Shown: piece by piece, positions 10,501-21,600 of the stretch | How the letters are laid out: every line of letters begins with the position of its first letter | Position numbering within the stretch: the first letter of the stretch is position 1 | Source: Klebsormidium nitens | Taxonomy: Eukaryota; Plantae; Klebsormidiophyceae | Assembly (NCBI GenBank): GCA_000708835.1 | Contig: DF237744.1 | Span: 1-32,384 of the forward strand | DNA: 32,384 nucleotides | Reading direction: 5' to 3' | Position numbers and translations under genes: made by a program | Notes under the pieces: generated by a model | Told to the model about the DNA's origin: nothing | Seen by the model: only the letters and a program-made list of their open reading frames with translations | Database searches by the model: none

Positions 10501-13500
10501 ACTCCGCCACAGACAACGAGGCTCGATTTCGTCTTCTTGCGCTTCGGTTTTTTTGAAGTCTATCCTCCTAGGTAATCGAGGTGTGCGGTGGAGTGCTGGT
10601 ACGAATCAAATGGAAAGAGGGTTCACCGGTGGGCTCAGCGCAAGCAGCGGCCTCAGTCCAGAAGCCCTCTTTTCTTAAGAAACAAATGGAGCTTAGATGG
10701 ACGCGTGGCCTTTCTCATAGCAGACCCTCAATACTCGGCCCACTTGACGGATCTCGTTCCGCTCTCATTCTAGTTCCGGTCTACTTAAACACAGAACCTT
10801 TCAAAACTGGTCTAAAGTACGCTCGAAAACCTGCCGGCAGCGACGGATATGCAGATATGCAGGACGCTCTGCTCTCACCTACCTCATCGTACAAATGCAA
10901 GTCACGCAGCTGCATTTTACACAAGGTGTCGCAAGCTTGACAGCACCAGAAAAAGCAAGATTCTAACAGCTGACAGAAGACCGAATCCTCGCACCAGGCC
11001 GAGCCCGTTATACTCAGGTCGTAGCGAGAATCGAGAAGAGAAGACAATCAGGACTTGCGTCATACCTGACGTGGCTCCAACCAAGGCCCTTTACACACTC
11101 CCCGCTTCTCCACGCCTTAGCGATACTAGGCACCAGCCCCAACATGGTCACCTTCGCGTCCTGTATTAGTTTAAGTCAGAGAATTGTTAAACGTCTTTTC
11201 CAAAGAAACGCCTCGTGAGCTGACGTCAGAGGACCTCTGGGATCATGATTGAGTGGAAGCGGCTGGTTAGGTTGACAGCAGAAAACCGTTGGTATGATTG
11301 GATATTGCCTCGTCAAGCTGACGTCAGACAACCGTTCGGATGCTTGTGTGAGAATGCCTCGGTAGGCTCGATAGAAAAGCGTTCGGATCATTGGGTGAGA
11401 AACGCCTCGTTCAGGCAGACGTACTGTACCGATGACATCGTCGAGCTAAAAAAGCCTTGAAGTTGACGGCAAGTTCCTCCTGGCAAGAGCCCTCCAAAAG
11501 AGAACCCGCTCCTCAAAGTGAGGGACCAGCCGGAGGATCGCCGTCATTGCATCATGCACGCTATGCCCGGAGGCTGCGGCCTTCGAAGGTTTCGCGACTT
11601 TCGAGAGGTAATCTTTGGGCTTGATGTTGGTCATCCTAACGGGTTCGGACACCGTAATTTTACGACTTTACGAAAACAAAACTAGCAGAATGCAGAAAGT
11701 ACGGGAAGTCGGCGACACTATAAGGAATGGTGCGCTCTGTCGTTCCCGTCAGGCGCATCAAAGCGACTCAAACTTTGAGAACGATTAAGAAACGCTTCCG
11801 AGGGATCCTTCAACAATAAAACACAGGGTGAAGAGGAGGCTAAGTGAGAAGCATCTGGTAAGCGGTTGCGAAAGCTGGATACAAGCGACGCACCTGCACA
11901 AACTTGGCGAACCCTCGCCCCCCCGGCGCTCCGTTGTAGAGGGCGATCGCAGCACCGTTGAGCAGCGCAGCGTAGATAAGCCAGGGGCCCATCATCCAGC
12001 CCAGGTTGGTGGGCCACGCAACGACGTCACCTTTTCGGACGTCCTGCATGGAAAGAGACGCTCAAATTGGTCCGACTGTTGAAAGCTCCCGTATGTCTAG
12101 GTTGTTAGATTCTTAGGATGTCAGAGCCCCTCTGCACCCGGAATGACGCTGAGGCAGAGGCCTATGATCAAGCCATGAATCGACAGGCCGCAATACGACT
12201 TCGTAATTTCGGACGTCCAGCAACGAAGCGGGCACTTTGATCGCGACCCACAGCTTCAAAGTTGTATCTTTCCAGTTTTTTAAGATCCTTTCACAAGCAC
12301 GCACGAAAGAGAGTCAAGCCATATCTTAATCAGAGTATACGGGCCTGTCACAGCGTAATGCGATCGTACGTCCTGACGTCGACTGAAAGTACTCAAGCCT
12401 GAAGATCGTGCGGTTTTAGAACTTTATCTTCGTTGAGGTGCAATATGTGAACGCTGAGGGAAGAAGCATTTTGCAGAAACATGCGTCCTCCTCTCATTGT
12501 CGAGCAAGCGGGGGAATCTAAAGGGAGTCCAAAAAGTGCGCGCCGGGGAGTAGAGACAGAGCGAAGGCCAATCGGCATCCGGAAGCCGGCAACTCGCAAC
12601 TTCTTTAGGGGGCCGGCTTTCTTCCCAACGGTTCCTTATCCTCGTGATTTGTGAAACCAAGTGAGGAGTTAGTCCCACAGTTAGACACTCTCTTTGCTAC
12701 TAGGTTGGTACCAGTGCGAAGCCGGTGAACAGGTGGCCATGAATTCGCCACCTATTCACGATTCAAAGGTCTCTCAAAATGCTTCCAGTCACGATTGCCG
12801 CGGACAAAACAAAGAAGCAGAGGCAGTGATTCGTACGCACCTGATGGGCCCAGGCGTCCGCACCCGCTTTGAGGGGCGTCACATGAGTCCAAGGGATGGC
12901 TTTTGGGTCGCCTGGAAGGGGAATATAGATCAATCAGGATAAGCCGGAACGACGTAGACGAGTGAAACGACGAGCGACTGCAAAGTGGAATCTTCGACCG
13001 ACCGCTCTGGAGCTTATCAGGAGGCTCCGTATCCCAGCAGCAGCCTTGAGCTTGTGGTATCGAACTTACTGTTGAGAAACAGAGTCAGGGCACGATACAT
13101 TGTGAGTGGATCAAGGACCGAATGCTTATGGAGAAACAAAACCACAGGTGGTCACTCGTCAGCTTCATGTTGTCGAACTGAAAAGCTCACGAGGATCCAC
13201 AAATCAGTTCCTCGACGTCGATCCAGGCAAACTCTGCATTCGGACCCTTTTCGTACAACTCAGAACGTGTCCACCAGAGAACATCTCAAGTAGCTGCCCA
13301 GAGGCACATACCCCGAGAAACGCAGAGGATAGACGGTGCGCAAGGAGAGAATACGTTCAAACCGAAACGTTTGCTTCGTACCTGTCGTTCCGGACGAGAA
13401 CAGGATGTTGGTGGTCGCCTCCGCCGGGCACGAGCGCGCCTCGAAGACCCCAGGATTCGCGGCGACCCTTCTGCCCCCTTCCAGAAACGCCCCCCAGGTC

Positions 13501-16500
13501 AGGTCTCCGTTTCGCAGCTCAACGCTCAACCGACCGTCCGATGCCGCTGGCAGAACGATTGCTCGGGGTGCACCGGCTTCGGTCACCCGGCTGTACAGGG
13601 GTATTGACTTGCTGCCGCGAATGATGACGTCCTGACGTCAGCAAAGAAAGTGGGTAGGTCAGCAAGGGAAGGTCACATATAGCAGAAGAAGCAAATGGCA
13701 AAACGATCGCTCGGGGCGCACCCGCTTCGGTCACCCGGCCGTACAGGGGTATTGACTTGCTGCCGCGAATGATGACGTCCTGACGTCAGCAAAGAAAGTG
13801 GGTATGTCAGCAAGGGAAGGTCACATACAGCAGAAGGACCACATGGCAGCAGGATCGCTCGGGGCGCACCGGTTCCGGTCACCCCGCTGTACAGGGGTAT
13901 TGACTTGCTGCCGCGAATGATGACGTCCTGTCGTCACCAAGGAAAGTGTTTGTCTTAGCGCAAGATTGGTCAACTTAGTGGAGGGGAATGGCGGAACGGT
14001 CGCCCGAGGCGCACTAGCTTCTGGCACCCGGCTGTACAGAGGTTTTGACTTGCTGCCACGGGTGATGACGTCCTGACGTCAGCGAGAAGAATTTTGTGTC
14101 AGCGAGGGACGGTAGTAATCAAGCGGAGGGGACAAATGGCAGAACGATCGCTCGGGGCGCACGGGCGTCGGTCACTCGGCTGTATAGGGGTATCGACTTG
14201 CTGCCGCGGATGGTGACGTCCTGACGTCACCAAAGAGAGTGTGTGAGCGAGCGAACGGTCACGTTAATAGAGGAGCTGATGGCAGAAAGGTCGACGGGGC
14301 GCATCAGCTTCGGTTACCCGGCGGTGTAGGCGTATTGCACTGCTCCCGCGGATGAGGACGTCCTGACGTCACCAAGGAACGTGTTTGTGTCAGCAAGGGA
14401 ATGGTGTACAGTAAAGGGAGCAGACGGCAGAACAATCGCCCGGGGCGCACCAGCCCCGGCAACCCAGCTGTACAGGGGTATTGACTTGTTGACCCAGATG
14501 TTGACGTCCTGCAATCAACAAGGAAAGTGCTTCACGTCATCGACGTAAACGTAACAACAGCGGAGGGAGCAGACGGTTGACCTTTACCGGGACCAATGTA
14601 CCTGAGCATGTGACGAACGCGCTGCAGAATACCCGCTCTTCCGACAATCTCGTGTTTCTCACGTTCGTGCAGATAAGAACGACCTTCACCACGAAACCGT
14701 CGTCGAGACGAAAAGGCCGGTTGGGCTGCCTACTTTCTTTCCGAACCTTCAAAGTCTGACCACTAAAAACACAAAATGGAAGTAGAATTGAGAAGGGCTC
14801 TTCTGTCACAGCTCAAATCAGCTGAACGATCGCTATCCGTTAAATGCATTTCTCTTATGTAACCGGCGTTTTTGAAGGCCGAACAGCTTTTCAATTATAT
14901 TGAAGGTTGTGAACTGTAGCAACCTCCCTTCAGAAGGCAGTAGGGATCCACTCCATCGCTTCCCTGGCCTTTAACACTAGCAATCTTTTTCCCAAAGCAC
15001 GTGCATCAAACAGGCTGCCCTACCTGTGTGAATATGCCCTTTGCTTCGGACAGCCGCAGGCGCGTTGCGATCTCGGACGGCGCGAAGCTGTCCGCAATGG
15101 ATACGACTACGCAGCCCGCTAGGATCGTTCCAAGATACGCTATGACTGCGAACTGGTTCATAGGCATGTCGATAGCGATGGCGTCTCCAGTTTGGAAACC
15201 AGCCGCCAGGAGAGAGTTTGCTAAACAGCTGCAGGACAGATAGGGGAGATTACATTCTCATTGATGCGATTCTCTGAATCTGGGAATATATCTGATGAGT
15301 CTAATTCTGAAAGCGTGTACACGCCCACCTTCTCGAAGATGACGGTTGACGAGAGAAAAGGGCTGACAAGACGAAGGGAAAAGTTGTAGCACTCTCGCAA
15401 ACAGCGAGGAAAGCGTCAACGGCTGTACGAGAGCGAGAACCAAGGTAGAAGTGCAAAGCAGAAACGCCGATCACTAAAAGGATACCAATAGCATGGCAGT
15501 GAGGAAGTCAGATCCTTCCGACTCAGAGAGCTTGCCTGGCTTCCGCCCGCAACGCACCCAACGTCATTGTCTGAAGAGGCGCTTCGTCGTTTCCTTCGTC
15601 TCGCCAGATCAGCGCCACCTCAGCCATGATATCCTGCAATTACTGGTGCTCATGATAAGCATGATGACGGTTCTTGTATGGCAAAATCAGATGCCGAAAA
15701 CGGGCTTTCCTCATGGTCCAAGTAAACTTTTTGGAGTGAGCAGGACCGTTTCCTGGAACCAGATATGGACGGAGAGGGTGGAGTTTTCTGATCAATTACC
15801 TTCAATTCAGGTGGCGAAGAGCTACTCCATTGTTGGCACACCATTCAATCTCCAAAGTCGAAGGCAATCGTGAATGGCCAAATTTCATAAAGCTTCATGT
15901 CGAAACATGGTAGTCAAACATGTGTTCCTGCCAGGCTTGACAAGCCAGACATACCGTAGTCCAACATGATGATTCCGAACGCTTTTATTTTGAAACATCA
16001 TCCAACAATCCGACGAGGAAAGAAGAATGAACTATGCTGATTCCGTCAAGAATCTGAATGCCCTATGGTCTCACTTGGAAGGGGACTTTTGGCCGTTTTT
16101 GGCAATTTTACGGCTTCCGAGGACCACTTCAGGATTATAATACCTTTCCGAGTTCTGCAATCCCGAATGGAAAACCTGAACTTCTGACTTTCCGAACGCA
16201 GACAATAATTCATTTATTCGGAATCAACACCTTGAAGTACGGCATAGTCTACTTCATTGAGGTCTCCTGGGAGAGAGGCGTTACGTGAAAATCTGAAGGA
16301 ACTTGAGTCGAGTTTCTGAGACCACAGTAGATTGCAAGCGTCTTTGCTTACCTGACCCCGGACAAGGCAGCACTCCGCAACGTTCAGCTCAGCGCCTCTT
16401 AGCCACGTTCCTCCGTAGGAGTTGGACTCAAGGACCTTTGTGGGGGGCTTGTGGAATCTGATTCCAAGCTCCTCAAACACAAGGGGCCAGTAGACCTACA

Positions 16501-17751
16501 GAATTGCACAAACAGAGGTTTGCATGAGATTTGGACAACAGATTTGGTAGACGGAGGGCCTCTTCCCATGCTCCCTCAGGGTGTAGGACTCATTACAAGG
16601 AGGAGTAAGAAGAGGCAACACATCGACTGAGGTTTCTTTTGTGAAGACTTAGGACGCTGGATTTGACTAGCTTCTTTCGAAGTAGGATGGGAGTCCTTGC
16701 ATTTAAAAAGGGCTGCTTGAGTTGCCTCTTTTGTCGGAGCTGCAACTTCCAAACAAACTTTGTTTCAGAAGCGAGCTGAGGCAAAAGCATATCTCCATGA
16801 TCTACTGTCCTTACACCAAGCAGCTCCTGATCAAGTTCAATTTGTTACGGGCTCATCATCCTGATAGTTGCATAGCTGACACAATGCAATCACACGCTTG
16901 AAGATGGTGAAAATGCTTGCCTCAGGGTGTGAGTTGGACAGCTGCAGGAGGCCATCATACGTAGATGCGCCAAGTGCAGAAAGGCGCTCCTCGTGTTTAA
17001 CGATCAATGTCCCAATGTTCGTGCGCTTCGCTTCATCCCTGTGACAAGGTGCTGTTCAGACGGCTGTTTTCAAGGCTTCCTCACTGGAGCAAAGCCTTTG
17101 TGGAAGTTTCAAAGAAAGATTGTTTAGCTACTCCACCAACGGTTTGAAGTGATAAGAAACTGGCACTAGGAATGAGGTACTGCAGTTCTTCTAGAGCTTG
17201 AAACTTTCTGAAGAAGACTGAAAGCACTTGGGGCATTGTCAAGGCCCTGAGCAGCAATCAGGGAAGCCTTTTTATACCCGCCTATCGCAACCAGTCAATT
17301 GTCTGGTATGCGTACAAGAAGTGCAGGTTCCAGCTGGCACTAGCTACATTTGCTATAAGAGTTCTGGACTCCAGGAGTACGCTGGCTTGCTCTGAAGTCA
17401 ATCAAGGACGCCCAATAGTTAGGGTTTGGCAAGTGATGTTTACAATACCCCAAGCCGGAAGCTGCACTTGCCAAGCCTTCTGACTCACTCTGTTGGCTTC
17501 CACACAATTGGAGGGCCCCTCCTCGCATCCCAGTCCAGATAAGTGACAGAAAAGAGCAATTGATGTAGCTTGAAGGGGTGCTCTGGACACAATAACTCCC
17601 TAGATATCCAGTCCCAAGTTGCAATCTGTGATTCTCTTTTAGAGGCAGGGGGGCAGGCAAGCCTTTGAAGGAGCACCTGAGCATCGCCCTCGCTTAAGCC
17701 TGTCTCCAATAGATGCTCGAGAGTCAGGTTTTGTATACTAGTTCTTGCCAT
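7514..17751 (-). CDS. AAE17/AAE18: Peroxisomal acyl-activating enzyme (acyl-CoA synthetase, AAE17/AAE18 clade), 725 aa. 13 exons: 17751-17489, 17038-16921, 16495-16352, 15633-15536, 15228-15024, 13631-13382, 12911-12841, 12043-11894, 11160-11066, 10404-10185, 9617-9489, 8363-8180, 7764-7514
   Basis: Exons join in phase to 2178 nt with no internal stop. It has the AMP-binding motif [16 protein letters not shown] and the motifs [48 protein letters not shown] and [12 protein letters not shown], plus C-terminal AKL. Recalled similarity to Arabidopsis AAE17/18 in length and motifs; no database search was run. Confidence 0.95.
8301..8662 (-). repeat. Three tandem copies (periods 165 and 150 bp) of the acceptor plus 5' part of AAE exon 12; one is functional
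   Basis: The anchor ATGCGCCCGGTA recurs at 8304, 8469 and 8619. The intron tail GCAAAGAAAGACGG is present in copies 1 and 2. Confidence 0.9.
9039..9366. mobile_element. MITE-like TIR element (328 bp) with TA target duplication, in AAE intron 11
   Basis: Left end TA|GGTTGTTCGCAC and right end GTGCGAACAACC|TA, with an imperfect inverted repeat extending ~45 bp. The interior carries several palindromic CCGTCGACGG motifs. Confidence 0.75.
10000..10055 (-). repeat. Degenerate copy of the 3' end and donor of AAE exon 10, 178 bp into intron 10
   Basis: GTGGGATGGTTGTGGTCATCCTTGACGAGAACAGAAGCCGTATCTGAGTG versus exon ATGGGATGTACCGTAGTTATCCTGGATGAGAATCAACGGCCGTAC|GTGAGTG. The donor GT is changed to CT. 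Confidence 0.75.
11206..11434. repeat. Degenerate ~48-bp minisatellite, ~5 copies, in AAE intron 8
   Basis: Units start near 11206, 11255, 11304, 11352 and 11400 and share GCCTCG..AG(C)TGACGTCAGA..ACCGTT.GGAT. Confidence 0.6.
12120..12380 (-). repeat. Two degenerate copies of the 5' end of AAE exon 8, in intron 7
   Basis: GACGTCCGAAA..GTCGT..GGCC..TGGCTTGATCATAGGCCTCTG starts at 12217 and GACGTCAG|GACGTACGA starts at 12372, versus the true exon start at 12043. Periods are 174 and 155. Confidence 0.55.
13549..14520 (-). repeat. Seven-copy tandem array (142-148 bp) of branch/polypyrimidine/acceptor plus the first ~28 codons of AAE exon 6
   Basis: CAG|GACGTC starts at 13631, 13779, 13927, 14072, 14220, 14362 and 14508. 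Each copy encodes a [28 protein letters not shown]-like peptide. Confidence 0.97.
15229..15535 (-). other. GC-AG intron (intron 4 of AAE gene)
   Basis: The exon ends ...GCC AG|GCAAGC. Phase 2 matches the next exon, and the joined protein follows the family pattern (ALRAEAS-CLANSL). Confidence 0.85.
16496..16920 (-). other. GC-AG intron (intron 2 of AAE gene)
   Basis: The exon ends ...CCT GAG|GCAAGC, and the join gives the conserved HPE-VYW. Confidence 0.85.
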
Positions 17752-18698
17752 CCTCCAGAAATACTCCGGAAAGTCGCGCTATCTATGTATCTACAGTTGT
17801 TCTTTTTCTTAGAAACTCCTTCCAAGCGGACTGACGGAAGGTTCCTTCAGAGCATTTCGAGCTAGCCCGCTAACCTCCCAGGATTTTGAACATCCAATGA
17901 CCACCACCCCAGCTCCTCTATCAATGTATCAGCTCGCAACAGCTGGTGAGAGCTTCAGCTTCTGATTTTTCGAAAGAATAAATGGCTGCTCTCTACAAAG
18001 CCTAAGGCAGGGAAGTCTTCCCGGAAGAGAAGCCCATCTGGAAAGCATTGCGTTCCGGTGCCAACGCATCACCGGAGCCACCGGACTTTAAACCCTCCGC
18101 AAACCCGGGCCAACCGTGTCGCGGCCGCGCGCGTACTGCGATCGAGAGACACAGAAACACAGTCAGAGAGGATAGGATCATAGGCTTCTTTCTATCCATG
18201 CAGCAGCTAGCAGGCCTCCGCAGCCAGGTGCCTGCGTTTCATTGGATCGGCAGCAAGTTGTTACATTGAACAAAGCCGGATGGAATGATAGTAGCCTGAC
18301 AAGGCAAGTTGCAAGCTGCGCCAATCGCTGACGCTTCTCACGTCGTTGTGACACCCGTCCATGCTTCACGTGATGCAGGGACACTTGGCAGTCCTCGCCT
18401 TCAGCCGCCTAGCACGCCTCTATTAAAACACCAAGTCAGCACTTCCTAAACAAAGCGCTCTGCAGTAAAGGGGGCCGCAGGATCGACATCATGATGAATT
18501 GATGAAGTACCTGTGACTTCCTCGTTTGTTCAAAGATCCTTCGATCGCACACTCCCGAAGCCCGTTCAATGCGAGAGCTCCTCCGCAATCCGCAGGAGCT
18601 TGTTCGAGTTCCAACCACTCATCAATTGTTTTTAAGCACCAGCAGAGTTCCTTCTCAAGCCAGTGCGCACTTTGACGCACGCTCAACGTTCCGGCATC
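17752..18698. promoter_or_regulatory. Divergent intergenic/promoter region between the AAE gene and the secreted-protein gene
   Basis: Head-to-head ATGs 947 bp apart. A G-box CACGTG lies at 18367 and a TATTAAAA at 18421; their function is not demonstrated. Confidence 0.4.
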
Positions 18699-21600
18699 AT
18701 GAAGCCCTTCTCCCTTCCCTGCGTCTTCCTCCTCATCCTCATGGCCTCCGCTCTAGTTCTCCCCTCATGCGGAGACCTCGGCTCTCGCAGCAAGAAACTT
18801 GGCAGCAGCTCCAGCTCTTCCAGCTCATCCAGTGGATCGCGCGGCGGATCTTCCTCCTCTAGTTCTGGCTCCAGCTCTAGTTCTTCTGGCTCCAGCTCTT
18901 CCGGCTCCAGCGGAAGCAAGGGCGGAAGCCCCAGCGGATCGAGCGGAAGCTCTGGATCTACTGGAAGCAAAGGGACCCCCAGCTCTTCGGGGGGAAGCAA
19001 AGGAAGCCCCAGGTGAGAAGTCACGAACCACCGCTCGCTGCTGATCAGGAGTTTGGAAATTCTCACCTCAATGCTTGTTACATGCTTCCATTGCTGCTTT
19101 GTAGGGCTTGACGCATTTAATGCTTCCACGTACTGAATTATTCGAGTATTCTGGTCCATGTATACATGTAACATCGTAGATTTCTGCTGTGTTTTTATGC
19201 TTCACCGGGCTTGCTGGTCTTTCAAGCTTCCTTCCTTTAAGCTTCGCCTTGTTCGTACCTCCTGCTTCAGCTTTGCCCCACTTTCATTAGCTTCGTAGAC
19301 TCCATCGGCATCAGACGTGCGTATGTTCCTTGCCATTGATACACTGCTTGATGCATCACCTTTTCAACCTTCGATGTCTTATGGACTCACCCTACAGACA
19401 TATCTTCAATCACATGGCTGGGCACATACCACCAACTTTCTAAGCTTTCTGAACATCCCTCTTTCATAAGAGCAGGTAAATCGTGAACAAACCCTCATTT
19501 GTCCAAAACCTGCAGCTCCCCAGGCACTTCCTCCGGGTCTAAGACCCCCTCCAGCCCCTCATCCTCCACGCCTTCCGGTTCCTCCCGGTCCCCTTCCGGT
19601 TCCTCCAACCGGTCCCCCTCCAAGCCCGGCGGATATTCCGGGTCCAAAGCCGGTTACTCCTCTTCGGGGGGGTCCAGAAGTTTCACGCGTCCCGGGGGGT
19701 ATGCTGCTTGGCCGGAGGAGCGGCAGGGGCAAGATCCGTTCTGCCAAGCAGCGGATTCTCGTCGTTTGGATTTGGGTCATCGTACAGACCTTACTATGGG
19801 TACTACTCGTCGCGGTATCCGTATTACTACGGGTCTGGGAACCCTTACAACTACTACTACGGCCAGAATCGGCACTCCAGGAACTACAACAACACTCCAC
19901 CAGGTGAATATGATGGCACGTCGGAGCTTTCTTGAGACATCGTGACTCGCTTTGAACAAAGCTCGTCCATTTTCATACGAGCTTTTGATCTCTACGACCT
20001 TTCCGTTTTGCAGTGAGCAGACAATGATGCAGAGGGCTTTCTTGTCAATGAAATGGGTTGTAACCAAGTCTGCAAGTCGTCGAGCTTTGCTGTTCAAAGT
20101 GCTTCGTGCCTTTCCCTCTTGCTACAGAGAGTATCTCACTCTTACAGACAACTGAGTAAAGCAGACTCGTGCTAATCAGCAGAAAGAATTCACTTCTTTC
20201 AGCTTTTGCAAGTTGGTCCAAACGAACTTGAAAGACAAAAGGGTCTTCTGTGTGAAAACATCTTGTCATACAATGACCATCCTTCATGAGCGAAATCTCT
20301 CCAGACAAACATCTGCGGATCGAGTGTCGCTTCGAGTGAGCCACGAGCCGTTCCGCTTCGATCTCTTGTCTATCTCTCATACACCGTTTTTCCTCAACAC
20401 AGGTACCACGATCCCGCAGTACGGACCGGTCATCAGCTACAGCAACAGCAGCACCATGTTCCCTAACCTGACCGTTACCACCGGGCCCGGCTACGGTGTG
20501 CTCGTCCGAATGCCACAGTCTAGTTTGCTCAACTTGGCAAATTCTACCACTGTATCCGTTCCGACTACCGAGCTGTTTCCGGTTCCGCCCGTCGGCAACG
20601 CGACGCAGCTGGTCTATACAAGCGTTCTGGTGCACTTCAATCCGAACGGAACCTTTCCGTTTGGCCAGGTAAAGCGGCGCGTTTCTCTTCAAACTACTTT
20701 CTGTTTCTCGAAGTCTGGATGAACGGAGCCCTTATTTTCGGACAAGTAAAGTGAGCAGTACTTCAGAGTGGTTCCGAACCTTTTCGCCCGTTAATTGCTT
20801 TTATTATCTGGACGGAACACTGCCTTTCGGCCAGACAAAGTGGAGCGGCTTTTTTCAAACTCCTTTTTCCTTGACCCTTGCTTTCGGTCAAGTGAAGTGA
20901 GACGGTGAACTTTAGAGTGGGTTCTGAACCTTTTTCGCCCGTTGCTTTTTGACAGAATCTGTCATGCTCGTCGAGTTGATGAAGAAGTTCGCCGTTCCGC
21001 TTCCCTTTTCTACCTTTGATTCAACCCAACGGAACCGTCTCGGTGATGCGAGGCGGTTCACTTCTAGGTTCCTGGTGAAGTATCTGCAGGTATTTGCAGA
21101 CAAAGCTCGAGTTCGAGAAGTTCGTAGTGCACCTTAAGCGGAGCGAAACCCTACCCTTCGGTCAGCCACAAAATGGGATTCGAATCCAGATCAGTAGAAG
21201 CTTTTAGTTTGTGAGCGTGCAAAGTATATTTGGATGTGCTCGTCGCTCCCTGAGCAGGAGTCCGCCGTTCCGCTTCGCTCTTCTTTCAGTTTGAACGAAA
21301 TGTAACCGCTAGCTCAGCTAGCAGGCTCTTTGTCTTGCGTGCTTCTTCAAGTAACAAGTCAGCAGTCATGTCCAGCTACTTGTTCCCGGATGTTTGGCGA
21401 TCCGAACAGTCCATGCTTGTCACAAAAAGCTTCTGTTTGGAGTAGTACGAAAAGGTTGAAATACGGAGGCCGTTGGCCTCTTTATCAATCACAAGTACGA
21501 CTACTGGAATCCCTGTATCGACCCGTGAAGAGGCCCAAGACACGGAATCCATCTGGAACCCCATGTAACAATTTTCCATTCTTCCCCTGCACCTCTAGTC

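Noticed and set aside
10860-10960. Possible donor-side ghost of AAE exon 9 (183-bp period)
   Set aside because: Only scattered 7-8 nt matches with inconsistent spacing, which is too weak to claim.
13106-14514. Multiple short ORFs with repeated APRAIVLP peptides as separate genes or a CRISPR-like array
   Set aside because: These are intronic tandem copies of one exon start. There are no unique spacers and no cas genes, and the context is eukaryotic.
18683-19174. 163-aa minus-strand ORF rich in E/L/P
   Set aside because: It is the antisense shadow of the Ser/Gly repeat exon of the plus-strand gene.
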